The notes below the pieces were generated by a model. The model was not told the origin of the DNA, did not search any database, and saw only the letters and a list, made by a program, of their open reading frames with translations. DNA of 64,000 bases from the NCBI GenBank assembly GCA_054600435.1, contig BAAIJX010000051.1, positions 1 to 64,000 on the forward strand, read 5' to 3'. The stretch comes from Neophaeotheca triangularis. Its lineage: Eukaryota. Below are positions 23,559-35,343 of the stretch, piece after piece. The position numbers were made by a program, and so were the translations under genes. The stretch's first letter is position 1, and each line of letters starts with the position of its first letter.

Positions 23559-26227
23559 TCATCTCCCCTCCCCACCACTACCACCACCGCCCTTAACACC
23601 ACTTCTTCCCCCCGCGTATCCCGGCCCAGGAGTCCCAACCGGCGTGCCAAAAGCCCCCTCTGTCGGTCTAAAACCCACGCTCGCGTAGGTGTCTGCAAGC
23701 CGCGCATTGCCGCCGTCTCTACCATTCTCCCTCGTGACGGAAGCGGAGGAATCCGCGTGGAAGTTGGTGCTGTGGCTACTGTAAGCGTGGAGTCTGTGCA
23801 TTTGGCTTGTGTCGAAGGGTTGCAAGGGCGCGGAAGATTCGGTGGGGAGAGGTATTTTGGGGAAAGGCGTGTTGGGGGAATGGGATTGGTTTTGGTTTTG
23901 GTGGTGGTGATGGTGATGGTGGTGGTGCGGGTTGGCCCTGTGACCGTGGTCGTGGTCGTGGGCGTGACTTGGGCGGGTCTCGGAGGAGGGTGGGTTGCTT
24001 TGGTCTAGAGGCGCGTCGATGGTGCTGGTGCCGGAGATGTTGGAGATGTTGCGGCTTTCGTGGTGAGAGCTGTTGTGGTGCTGGTGTTGTTGTTGCTGGG
24101 TTTGGAGGCTGTGGCCTTGCGGTTGTTGGTCGGTTGGTTGATGTGGTTGGCGGCGTTTGGAAACCTGGAGCGGTGAGCCTTGTCTACTGACTTGCGCACT
24201 GCTATTATTTTGATTGTGTAGAGCTCGATCGCCGCCAGGTGGTACTGCGAGCACGCTTGAAGGGGGCTCGGGCCCATCGCTCGCGGCCATTTCCATGCGT
24301 TTGTTGGGAACGGGTGTTTGAAATGGGGATCCGTTATTCCTGGCGCTGGTTCTTCCCATGCCACCGCTGATGTTGCGCATTAGATGCTTGGCGGAAGCTT
24401 GCGGTTCCGCCCAGTCAGGGGTGTGCGTGAGGTTCGGAGTGCCGTGCGCGCTGTGCAACGGCATCTGAGGGCGCGCCCAAGCGTTTTGCTCGATGAATTG
24501 TTCGTGAGCTAGGCGTTCATTGTTAATTGGTTGTTGAAGACGAGAGCTCTGAGGTAGGAAGACTGTATGCGTGTGGTGTCTTGCTTGCTGTGGTTGTGGC
24601 TGAGGTGCTTGATGGAGGGAAGGGTTGGTCTTGGAAGCCGAACGCTGCTTGGGTATCTGGGCGTTCATATTAGCATCGGTATCGCGCCATCAACACGCCT
24701 ATCTCTTGTACTCACCTTCATAGCCTTCAAGTCATCATCTAGAGCGTCCCCCTCCACAGAATCAATCTCCGGCGCGGCGGGGAATCCAACGTATTTGGCA
24801 ACGCCAGATAACACGCTGACCTCTTGGTTGTACTTTGCCTGCTGCCGAATCTGCTCGCTCTTCTTCGTGGGGAAGCGATATTGGTACTGCTCGCCTTGCT
24901 CTTGGTGGCTCTGTCTGCGCTCTTTCTGTATGCTGTACCAGTCTCTGCCCAGCTCCTCCATCGTTTGCTCCCGCAAGTCACGCACGTGCTGGACATATTG
25001 CGAATGCAGCTGCGATCGGTCTCCTAGCGTTCGTTCCCGCAAGGCTTGCATCTTGTAGAAGTGGTGGGCTTGCGCTTCGCGTATCTGTTTCTCGCGGCGC
25101 GCGTCGACCGCAGCGACTTGTCTAAGGAACTCGGGGTGTTCGCACTTTGGTTCATCGAGTAGTCTGAGCTCCTCGTTCATGGCGGCTATGCGCTCGTTGT
25201 AGAGAAGTTCTCTGTATGCTGCGAACTGCTGCGCCAATGCGTCGAAGTATTTCGTGGCTTGTTCCTTCTGCTGTAACTCTGCCTCGGTCTTCGCGGCAGC
25301 TTCTTCCGTCGCTTCTTCTTCTTGTTCAACACTGTCGGCTGGCTCTTCCAGTGCTCCTTGTTCAGCCACCTCCTTACCCTTTCTGCTTTTTTGCTTGCCC
25401 TTTCTGCCCTTGTGGCCTTTGGTAGGGGACGCTGGGCCGGAGCGTGGAGTTTCGCTAGGCTTGTCGTAAATCGCGACGGGCTCTTCCTCTACACCTTGTT
25501 CCACCCCATCCGGTTCTTCCATCTCTGTTGCAGGTTCCACAAATGCTTCGTGGTTCCTCTTGCGCGGGGATCCCATGGAGGAGGCTTCGCTCGTCAGTGG
25601 GCTGTCAGCAGTGTCCGCAGATCTTTTGCGTTTTTGCCCGGCTTGCTCTAAGCGGGACTTGGTTAGCATAGTTACGGTGTAAGATTTTCCACGGTAAGTG
25701 GCCTCCATACCAGCTGGTGCGACTGTACTAGTACTCGACGCAGCGCCTGCACCTGCGGGGATTGGCGATGGCGGATCGGACAGCTCCTCGTTCAACTGCG
25801 CAGCTTGCGATAGCTTGCTGGGTGTCTTCCCCGTACCATCTGCACGGTTACGCGGTTTCTGCGGTGTCTGTTCGAGGCGTTCTGTCTCGGCTTCGCTGTC
25901 GTCTTCATTGTTCTCTACCGAGGCGCGTACTCTTCTCTCAACAGCGCGAGCAAGACTTGAACTATCGCCATTGATCCTGTCCTCTTCTTCATCGTCGTCC
26001 TCAGGCTCACTGAGGCTGCTGGACCGGTCGTCGACCTGGTCGCCGGCTTCGGCACCGTCCTGGCCAGCGGTATCGTCCATATCCTCGTCTTCGTTCTCAA
26101 AACGCTCTGCCATGATTGTGTTTGTCGCATCATCGGGTGAGCGCCTTTGTGCTTTGGAAGCAGTGCTGAGGGGGGAGATGGAGGGTCTGGGGGTAGATGC
26201 GCGTCGCTGCGCCGTTACTGCAGCCAT
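23559..26227 (-). CDS. DEP1: Sds3-like family Rpd3L HDAC complex subunit Dep1
   Basis: Motifs DDRSSSLSEP, DSEAETERLEQTP, coiled-coil Sds3 region (HPEF...WYSIQKERR) and YNQEVSVLSGVAKYVGFPAAP. Introns 25710-25648 and 24715-24657. The C-terminal end is less certain. Confidence 0.85.
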
Positions 26228-26834
26228 GGCTGGCAGATTCGAAGTGAGCTACGACGCAGGCGTGGATAGCTCGGGCTAATTTTCTGCCAAGGTCCTTTCG
26301 CTTGCCTAAAGGTATAAGACACTTGTAGAAGACGTGATGTCGCAGTTGTGGAAGGTGAAAGAGCAGAGGGCAGAAAGGTGGTGCGCGACGCTTTCTAGCT
26401 TCGAAAGGCCGTCTCGAAGCGAGGTGGGTAGGCGAGTGTCAGCGAGGATTGCAGAGGCAGAAAGCAGCGCGGCTAAGTCCGCAACGCTAGAGATGACAAC
26501 AGTGCCGGATTTGGAAGGGATGTCGCGTATTATTGTAGGGTGGTATGGGCGTGGGTCGACGAGAGAGAGAGGCGGAGTGGGTGATCAGCTTCTCAGGGCG
26601 ACCTCTCGCACCTGCACCTCAAGCAAAGCCGCTGCTTCATCGTCACGCCGGCGTCGGCAAGTGCACGGGAGAACTTCGTATCTACTCCAGAGGCAGAGAA
26701 GCAGATAAGATAAGATAAGATAAAACTCGATTGAAAGAACTATAGGACAGTAGCTCCAGGAAAAGTCGATTCCTGAATTGCTCGCATACCCACTAGACAG
26801 TATACACCAATTCGAGCAACCAATCAAACCAAAC

Positions 26835-28643
26835 ATGTCAAAAACGGTCGCCAAAGAGAAAGGGAAGAGGTCGTCCAAGGACAGATCCGACAGGCCCAAC
26901 AAGGCGGAAAAGGATAAACCTGTCAAGGCGCAGAAACAACAAAATGGAGACGAGTCCGGTAAAAAGGCTTTCTCGCTGCTTGCAAATGACACAACTGTAG
27001 ACTCTACACTGTCAGCTCTTTTCACTGCCAGGCCGAGCCCGCCGAGAGAAGTTGCTGCACCGCCCGTGTCCAAGGCTAAGAAGGCGACTGTGGACGAGAG
27101 CGATGCTGAGGGTAGCGATGCTGAGGACGTCGATCAGGATATTTCCGACGCTGGCGACTCGGAGGACGATGAAGCGGCTGTTGAGCCGGAGAAGACAAAA
27201 CCCGCTGTTGAGGAAGCGGCGCAAGTCGAGCAACCCAAGCGCAAGAGGAAGAGAAAGGATGTTCACGATGAGCTGGAGGATGCTTACATGGCCAAACTAG
27301 GACGGGAGGAGGCTAAAGAGACAGAGGCTGCTGCTGCTGAACGTGCTGCTAAGCGCCAAAAGGCACAGTCAGAGAAAGATGAGGACGTCGAAGAGGGCAA
27401 CAGCGGAAACGAGGAGATGGAAGACGCCAGCGACGTCGAGGACGACACCAAAGACTCCTCTGAAGCTGGCACACCACCACCCCGCCACGAAACTCAAGAC
27501 GAGACAGCAGACACCGAACTCGCCAAAGCAAACCGCACCGTCTTCCTTGGCAACGTCTCTTCCACCGCCATAACCTCCAAGACCGATCGTAAAGAGCTCG
27601 ACGCTCACCTCACCTCCTTCTTCGCCAAAGCCCCTCAAAAGCCCACCCCACGACTCGAATCCCTTCGCTTTCGCAGCACCGCCTACAACACCGGCGGACT
27701 CCCTCGCAAAGCAGCCTACGCGCAACAAAGTCTCATGCCGACCACAACCCGCGCGACAAACGCCTACGCCATCTACAGCACCCCGGCTCTCGCACGCCTA
27801 GCCTGCCAGCATCTTAACGCCAGCACAGTCCTCGGCCGCCACCTCCGCGTCGACAGCGTTGCACACCCGTCGCCTCAAGACCACCGCCGCTGCGTCTTCA
27901 TCGGCAACCTCGGCTTCGTCGACGACGAAACCGCCATCCGCGAAGCCAACAAAGAAGCCGGTTACGAAAACCGCAAAACCGCTAAAGAGCCCGCCGACGT
28001 CGAAGAAGGCCTCTGGCGCACCTTCTCCAAAGCCGCCGGCGCTGTCGAATCCGTCCGCGTCATCCGCGACGAGAAAACCCGCGTCGGCAAAGGTATCGCC
28101 TACGTGCAATTCGAAAACGAAAACTCAGTTGAAGCCGCCCTTCTCCTCGACGAGAAGAAATTCCCACCCTTACTACCACGAAAACTCCGCGTCACTCGCG
28201 CCAAAGCCCAGAAGAGGAACGTCAAACCTGGACAATCCGGCCGCCCCGGCGGCTTCGCTCAAAGCAAGGCCAAAGAAACCGGCTACAAGCGCAAAATCAC
28301 GCCGCAAGAAGCCTCGCACCTCGGCCGCGCGGGTAAACTCTTGGGCAAAGCAGCTGCAGCCCAACAAGCCAAGACCGCCACGAAGCCGGCTCGCTTTGCC
28401 ACGGGCGCGAACTCCGGCGCTGTTGGCGAGAGCAAGCCGCCGGGTATCAAGGGCCCGGAGGCTTTTGTTTTTGAGGGTCATAGAGCTAGTGTTCGGCAGG
28501 GGAAGAGCGGGCTCAAGCTTGGGGGAAAGAAGGGTGGTGGCGCTGCTGGGAAGAATAAGGGGGGGAAGCCAGCCGGGAGGAGCGCAAAGAGGGGGGCTGC
28601 TTTTAAGAAGGACGGGGGAAAGAAGAAGAGTACGAGGGAGTAG
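26835..28643 (+). CDS. NOP12: nucleolar RRM protein Nop12
   Basis: Two RRMs (RTVFLGNV...SLRFRS...HLRVDSVAHP and RCVFIGNLGF...VRVIRDEKTRVGKGIAYVQF), FVFEGHRA motif and a Lys-rich tail. Confidence 0.93.
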   Translation: MSKTVAKEKGKRSSKDRSDRPNKAEKDKPVKAQKQQNGDESGKKAFSLLANDTTVDSTLSALFTARPSPPREVAAPPVSKAKKATVDESDAEGSDAEDVDQDISDAGDSEDDEAAVEPEKTKPAVEEAAQVEQPKRKRKRKDVHDELEDAYMAKLGREEAKETEAAAAERAAKRQKAQSEKDEDVEEGNSGNEEMEDASDVEDDTKDSSEAGTPPPRHETQDETADTELAKANRTVFLGNVSSTAITSKTDRKELDAHLTSFFAKAPQKPTPRLESLRFRSTAYNTGGLPRKAAYAQQSLMPTTTRATNAYAIYSTPALARLACQHLNASTVLGRHLRVDSVAHPSPQDHRRCVFIGNLGFVDDETAIREANKEAGYENRKTAKEPADVEEGLWRTFSKAAGAVESVRVIRDEKTRVGKGIAYVQFENENSVEAALLLDEKKFPPLLPRKLRVTRAKAQKRNVKPGQSGRPGGFAQSKAKETGYKRKITPQEASHLGRAGKLLGKAAAAQQAKTATKPARFATGANSGAVGESKPPGIKGPEAFVFEGHRASVRQGKSGLKLGGKKGGGAAGKNKGGKPAGRSAKRGAAFKKDGGKKKSTRE

Positions 28644-29405
28644 TTGGTCTGACTTGATGGAGGGTTTAATGTATGAGTATTTGGCGGGTGCTTCTTTCCC
28701 TCGCGAGTGGGTGGTGGTCGTTGTACTATGCGTACTGTAGCACTGCTTGGGCGTGTGTCGCCTCGCGAACCTCACGCCACCGAAAGCCCATATGTGCTAA
28801 CCTTTCCTGTCGTTGCCGTAATGTACCTCTGCAGTCAAGAATCTCAATGTAGTGAACAGTGTTTCGTTTCGTTCGTAAGTACTGGGACCTGTTCTATATC
28901 TGTACTCTTCATGAACCTCGGCCTCCATTCTTCTATCTTTTATCAGGTCATGCCAGAAACATTTACTCCCACGTTCTGTAGCTACGCTTTCGCAAACCTT
29001 TAACCCTAACCTTATGGTATAACAGCGGGAGGGACCATCCTACGCGCCATAGCGTTTTAAAATAATACTAAAAAGCCTCATAGACTCTACAATAGCTCAA
29101 GCAGAACCATCGATCAAAAAATCTCTTGATATTATATACGATTATGCAATTGCACACGAACGACACCTCTTTCGACCGGATCATTGCAGCTCGCAGGACC
29201 ATCGACCGGCTTTGCCCTTGAACCCTTCTGATAATTGTCGTTTCTCAACGATGATCACTTCCTTGTAAAGCTGCTTAGACAACAATAAACAGAGCGAACA
29301 CGGCCACCCTTAGCATCGCTCTTCTCTTCGCTGGAGTACGTCAAGGACCAAAGCCAGCTCATAGCTTCTACACTCTCTAGCCACCGCATTGTATATACAC
29401 CGGAA

Positions 29406-31046
29406 ATGGGTCTCCTTGAGTGCCCTGATGAGCTCATCCTCTGGATACTCTCGCACTTAGCAACCCCCTCTCCAAACGCCCGCGGTTCCCACGACCCTGG
29501 TGATTTAGCCGGCCTGCGCAACCTAAGTCTCACCCACAGTTCCCTAAAATCACTCGTCGAGCCCTTGCTGTACCGCAAACTCGACAACCGGTGCTGCTGC
29601 TTCTCCAGGCTACGGACCTTCATCAGGACTTTGCTAGAGCGACCGGAACTGTGTGAGCACGTGGAAGAGATTGCCGTGGACGATGTGGAAAGCGTTGTGA
29701 AGTACCACAGCCGTGGTGACGAGATGTTTCAGCCTTTGCTGGATGTCCAGCACTTTTTGCTGATGTCTCGACTGGGTGTTTCGATGGGTCTCGCGCGGAG
29801 GTTAGAGGCTGGTGTGCGTCAAAGGGACCCGGAAGCTGATCTCGCGATTCTTCTAGGGTTGTGCACAAATTTAAGGCGGTTGACGTTGTTCGTGAAGAAA
29901 AGGGAGGAAGGTTGGGGTAAGAGCTTGGTGCTGCAGTTTTTCTATGAGGTGCAGAGAGCCCTCGATGTTCGTCAAAGACAATCGAACGGCGAGCAACTGG
30001 AATCGCCTCAGCCCACCCTCGTGAATAGCTTCGAGAAGCTCGGTTACATCGACGCTGATCTCAGGGAAGATGGTTCAACTCCAATTAAGCCCACCGAGTT
30101 GTCTGTCTACTACCCTCTAATGACACTGCCCGCTCTCCGAACGCTCGCGACTAATAGAACTGTCCAGAGAGATGGTTTCGTCGCTATTGCGAAGCGCAAT
30201 CTTACCCCTCAGAATCTCGTACTAAAGGAAACTGTGATCAAGGCCTCAGGACTCGACGAAACGATCACATTGCTTCCTAAATTGAGGAACCTCGAGATCT
30301 ACTGGGCGCGCAATTACTGGGTAGATTCACGCACTGCAGATGACTTTTGGAACTGGGAATACACGCGCGTGGGCGCGGTGATACGGAAGCACGGGACTCG
30401 ATTAGACGAATTGACGCTCGGTTATCCTGTCAATGGAAAGAATTGGGATGGTGGCGAACAGCTGGGCGATTTGCGGCCTCTCGCTGCTTTGCGTTGCTTG
30501 ACAGTTGCGGAAGCCGCTCTTTTTGGCGAATGTGCAGCTCGCCCCTTGACAGAAGTGGGAAACGGTGCAGCGAGCCCTCCGCCGGGGGGCTGGCTAGCTC
30601 TGGCCGAGACCATACCAACGACACTCGAGTCGCTGACTTTACTCTTCTGTCACGAAAGCGATGATGATGAGGTGAGCTATGGAGAAGATCAAGTCGAGAG
30701 GCTCTTGACAGATGAGCGATTCACGCAACTCAGATGTGTGGCCATGGAGCGTTGGACCGGGTATGGGTGGGCAGTGACGGACGAGCGTTCGACTGAGAAA
30801 AGTCGAGCTAAGTTCCAGTCATCTTTGCCACCACACTGGAGCTGCGCGACATATGGTCGGGTTAATGAGACGAGAATACTCTTTCGCCTTGTTTTGTCGA
30901 AAGAAGGTTTAGAGGAAGTGCGCGAGCGGAACCATTTGTTGCGAGATAACTGGGAGTTCATTGTGAGCTGCGATGGTCGAAGACATAAGCCTCGTGTGGA
31001 TGTACCATGGGCTCGGAGAGCTTATGGGTCTCTGCGAGTGGACTAA
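29406..31046 (+). CDS. F-box-like / LRR-like protein, intact paralog A
   Basis: N-terminal LLECPDELILWILSHL...LRNLSLTHSSLKSLVEPLLYR (F-box-like pattern), then LxxLxL repeats. Clearly similar to the loci at 31720 and 53684. Confidence 0.75.
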   Translation: MGLLECPDELILWILSHLATPSPNARGSHDPGDLAGLRNLSLTHSSLKSLVEPLLYRKLDNRCCCFSRLRTFIRTLLERPELCEHVEEIAVDDVESVVKYHSRGDEMFQPLLDVQHFLLMSRLGVSMGLARRLEAGVRQRDPEADLAILLGLCTNLRRLTLFVKKREEGWGKSLVLQFFYEVQRALDVRQRQSNGEQLESPQPTLVNSFEKLGYIDADLREDGSTPIKPTELSVYYPLMTLPALRTLATNRTVQRDGFVAIAKRNLTPQNLVLKETVIKASGLDETITLLPKLRNLEIYWARNYWVDSRTADDFWNWEYTRVGAVIRKHGTRLDELTLGYPVNGKNWDGGEQLGDLRPLAALRCLTVAEAALFGECAARPLTEVGNGAASPPPGGWLALAETIPTTLESLTLLFCHESDDDEVSYGEDQVERLLTDERFTQLRCVAMERWTGYGWAVTDERSTEKSRAKFQSSLPPHWSCATYGRVNETRILFRLVLSKEGLEEVRERNHLLRDNWEFIVSCDGRRHKPRVDVPWARRAYGSLRVD

Positions 31047-31469
31047 CTAATTATGCCATAAGGCTCCAAAAAATCCGAGCGAGAGAAGGATCGACGAAGT
31101 AGGGTTTTCATTAGATGGGTAGATTCCCCCTTGCCAATAACAACAGCAGCATTCTAAACGACTCATCGAACGAATACCTTATGGTACAACGAAATCGAAC
31201 ATGGCGCCAATCATCTCCGCAACTTTCTGCGGGCTCAGTGCGCATTCACGAAGTTGTCCTTTCCAAGAATCTCACCAATCACGCTGCAGCCATATGTAGA
31301 CCCAAGTGCGCTTGCAATATCCTCAGAATCACAGTACTTATTAAAGGGCGCCCCTTTCATCTGACAAGTAGCAGCGGCCTAACAACAACAACACCATCAC
31401 AGGCTGGTCACCTCTCATAAGCTGCCTCCAGCAGTCAAAGGTCTCTTGGCCGTCCATTCGAACTATCCT

Positions 31470-31720
31470 ATAGATTCGCACAGTTCCCTGCGTTCCAGCA
31501 GTATTCTCAGAAATTTGCGCAGTCTGTAGTGGTGGCAATTCCTGTTATCTAGCTTCCAGTGGAGGATGGGTTCTATGAGCCGTTTCAGTGTCTTGCTGGC
31601 GAGGGCGACTTGGTGAGGGTGAAGAGGGAATCGCCCTGCTTCGTGGGACTCTCATCATGTGGGATCCGAGATGGAAAAGTATGGAGCTGATGAGCTCTTC
31701 TGGAAGTCCAAGAGCTTCAT
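31470..31720 (-). pseudogene. relic of F-box-like paralog B
   Basis: MKLLD/frameshift/PEELISSILFHL.../frameshift/VALASKTLKRLIEPILHWKLDNRNCHHYRLRKFLRILLERRELCESIG* aligns with both other paralogs. Confidence 0.8.
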
Positions 31721-32022
31721 TGCGAGGTCTCAATGATCGTGTAGGGAGACGCAGGAGGTGAGGTGAGGTTGGTTAGTAGGCGTCGATAGGCAATTCACTG
31801 AAGAGACTTTATGCATTCACATAAGTCTTGGCGTGACTTGCATAAGAACAAAGCGCTGGCGTTCACGACTTCTTCCCGTCGTGTACCTTCCACCTTCCCA
31901 TCTGCGCCACCTACAGCCTACACCCTCACCCTCGACCTCTCACAGCTTCCGCCGTCATACAAACACATCTTTAACTGCTCTACACAGACTATAAGGTTTG
32001 CTAAGGAAAAGAACTCATCAGT

Positions 32023-33535
32023 ATGGAAGTCGACGAAGCTCTCAAAGCGAAGATTGCGGAAATGGAGGCGCGTCTAGGCCGCTCGAAGCCACCGCCTCAG
32101 ACAGCGCCCTTTGCGCCGTATCCCCAGTATCAAGGAAACCAGTACCACCAAGGAGGGTCACCGTACCGCGGTGGCAGGGGTCACTTCAGTGGACGTTGGG
32201 CAGCTCGTGGTGGTCGAGGCGCCTTCCACGGACCTCACAGGAACAACACTCTTATAGTGAATAAGTCAGGTTCGACGGAGCAGGCAAAAGACGGTGGGAC
32301 AAGTCCAGAGGACACCAGCAAGGTGCATATCCAGAAACGTGGCTTTCATCAACTCATCAACAAGTCTTCAAACGAACGAAACGAGGAACAGCATCAGCGG
32401 AACGAGCTTGTCGAAAGCCCCATCGTCGGCAACTCGGCAGAGCAGCAAGGAAGCCACGAAGTAAAAGCAGAGAACACCGCAGAAGTGAAGCCTACAGTCA
32501 TTGTTAAAGCCAACCAAGAGATGGAGATCGACGGCGTTGACTTCCGCATCGCACGAGACGGGAGCAAAATAGAGCGCGTTGGCGCGGGTCAGTCGTGGTC
32601 TTCCCATGAGCAACACGCCACAAAGCTGAACTTCTACGCTAATCTAGCAACCAAGACACCTACCCCCAAGATGCTCGTACTGCACGGCGTGGCCTATCAC
32701 CGTACTAAAAGGGGCAACCTTCGCCGCAAGCAGGACAAGAAGCCTCTCGCCAGGTATCAGGAGTCCTACCCGCTCGGAGACTACTCTTACTCACGACAAT
32801 TTATTCACAGATCTGCACCGAGGAAGCAATGCGAGACGTTTTCCAAGAAGGGTACATATTGCCACAAACTTCCACCACCCCGGCTATGCAAGGAGGAGGA
32901 CCTAACGGCCGATTTCCGAGGCATGCCGGTAAGTATAATATGCTCTAGGCTAACGCTTCATTCTAGGCAACTGCCCACGTGGCGTCAAGTGCGCCTTCGC
33001 CCACGATCCCGACAAGGTTGCTGTGTGTAAGACTTACCTCTTCACTGGCAGCTGCGACAAGGGTGAGGACTGCGACCTGTCTCACGACACGACATATGCC
33101 CGTGCCCCTGCGTGCACCTTCTTTGTCAGCGGCAACTGCACCAACCCTGCATGCCGCTACCCCCATGTGAAAGTGTCTTCTTCCGCCCCCCTTTGTCTTT
33201 CGTTCGGTCGTCTAGGGTATTGCGCAAAGGGTGACCGCTGCGAGAAGCGACACATCTTCGACGAATGTCCAGAGTACACCAACACGGGCTCCTGCAAACT
33301 CTTGGAAGCCAACAAAAAGTGCGAACTTCAGCACATCGATCGCGCCAGTACGATGCGCAAGCGCGAGCAGCGCGAGGCCAAACGCGCGAACGAGGATGTA
33401 TCCGACAGCGAAGACGAGAAAGAGGAGGCGGTGACTGATAGTGACGGTTTTGAGGAGGACGATGTTATCATGACTGGCCTGGACAACGACATCCACGAGC
33501 TCACGCAGCAGCAAGACTTTGTGTCTTTCGACTGA
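32023..33535 (+). CDS. CCCH zinc-finger protein, Red5/ZC3H3-like
   Basis: Introns 32588-32647, 32754-32810 and 32852-32966 give five CCCH fingers (CETFSKKGNCPRGVKCAFAH, CKTYLFTGSCDKGEDCDLSH, CTFFVSGNCTNPACRYPH, CLSFGRLGYCAKGDRCEKRH, CPEYTNTGSC...CELQH). N-terminal LKAKIAEMEARL helix and HRNNTLIVN motif. Confidence 0.8.
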
Positions 33536-33920
33536 GGCAGAACTTGGTGGCCACTTGCTTTTTCCTTTGTCTTTATTCCTATGCTGGCATTTGCTTAAAT
33601 GAGCGATAACCCCCTTGCAACTTGCGTTCGCGCGAGTCTATGGTGGGCCTGGCGCATTGGTGTATTGGCAAGATACCCCGTGGCTTAGTTTTATGCGGAG
33701 GAGGAGACAGAGACTACGGGCACTTGATGTAGAATGCATAGCTATCTCGTAACTTGAGCAGAAGAAAATGAAGACTTGAAAGCACAGCTTCTTCAGAGCC
33801 TCTTAGCAGTACGCTCAACGAGGAGGTCCAACTCGACTACCTGAGACGATGTCACTTAACGGCTTGAACTGGAAGATTGAAAGCGTACAGGAAGACAACC
33901 TTCGCATGGGTTGAGAAATA

Positions 33921-35026
33921 CTACACGCTTTCTATTTGGTCTTTAGTGTTCTCTCCCGGTGCGCCGGTGGTGCTTGGCCGATTTTGCACGATTCTCAGCA
34001 GGTTCCTGAGCAAGATGACAATGGTGACCTTGCCAATAGCAGGGACATAGATCGATGCCTTTTCTTTGACATCGGGTGTGAAGTTCTAGCGGACAACATC
34101 AGTCAAGGTTCGCAAAATATATTTCTACTTCGCCAGCTTACCTTTTCGCTCGAGAAGTTGATGCACACGGCACCTTCACGGATGAGCTCAGTAGGCACCT
34201 TGTACTTCTCGCCAGGCACACCACTGATCACGACTTCACTGATGGGGAGGCACTGCTCAAGGCCCCAGCCTTCCATGTCTTCGACATCATGCTTCTGCTT
34301 GCGCAGCCCAGTCCCCCGACTAAATCGCTGAACGCCTGTGACATCCACACTATAAACCTCAGCGCCATCATTCGCCAAGAGCGCCGCCAGCGGTCTGCCA
34401 ACAACTTCACTGCGGTTGATAACCGTGATCCTGCGCCCAAACAACCGCTTCCCATAGTCGAGGAAAGTGTTGTAAATCTGCAAATGCTCTAGGATCTTGA
34501 TGACAGCCAGGGGTGTGCAAGGCAAGATGGATTTCTGCACGTTGGTCGGCGGGTCGAGAAAGCGGATATTCTGGTACATGTTTGAGATGAGCTGCGGCGA
34601 GAGCCCCTCGACGTCTTTGTACATTGAGACCGTCCATTGGAGCGTTCTGTCCCGTGCGCTGTCGAAGACCGGGTAGTAGACAATCATGCCGTCAACTTTT
34701 TCGTCGCTGTTGGCGTGGCGCAGCTCATCTTCGAGGGTTTCGCGGTCGACTTCGCGGAGGGTGAAGTCGAAGCCACTGACGGTCGTATCAGTTTATTCGC
34801 TCAAGGGGGTGTTTCGTGGGTTTTCCTCTTACTTGTCTCTGCAAGTCTTGGCGGTCCAGTCGGCGTACATGCGCGCCGCTGGATCTTGGTTTGCCAGGAA
34901 CCCATATAGGTGAGGAGGTCTATCGAGCTTGGATAGCCCTCCAGTGACCTCTGCTAAGAGCTTCTTTGCAATTGAGCCTGCAAGGACTACTTTGCAGGAG
35001 CCTTGGGCTGGAGCTGGTGCATCCAT
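33921..35026 (-). CDS. MTD1: NAD-dependent methylenetetrahydrofolate dehydrogenase
   Basis: Introns 34832-34776 and 34141-34086. Motifs DGMIVYYPVF, KDVEGL, KSILPCTPLAVIKILE, INRSEVVGRPLAALLANDGA and YVPAIGKVTI. Confidence 0.95.
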
Positions 35027-35343
35027 TGGATTGATGGACCTCAAAGGGGCAATGGCTTCGCGCAGCAATCGCCAATACACTATAACACCCCGTCTGGAGG
35101 GCTTAGAAAAACTACTGTCCTTGTTGAAAGGGTATCCGAGGTGAGCATCAAGTACTGAACATTCACTTCTCTTGCGCCAAAAACTTCGAGTCCGTGACTA
35201 AGCAGTGCAGAGTGGAACTCCCGAAGGCTACCCGGCGCTAGTCAAATGTTGCAAGTGACGTCTTGCCAACAGATAGCCATCTTTTCAGAGAAGAACAAGA
35301 CGACAGTAACGAACTCATGAACAATTCCGCAGTACGATGAGTG

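Noticed and set aside
29001..29014. TAACCCTAACC telomere-like motif (also at about 55531-55549)
   Set aside because: Only about two units; too short to call an interstitial telomere repeat.
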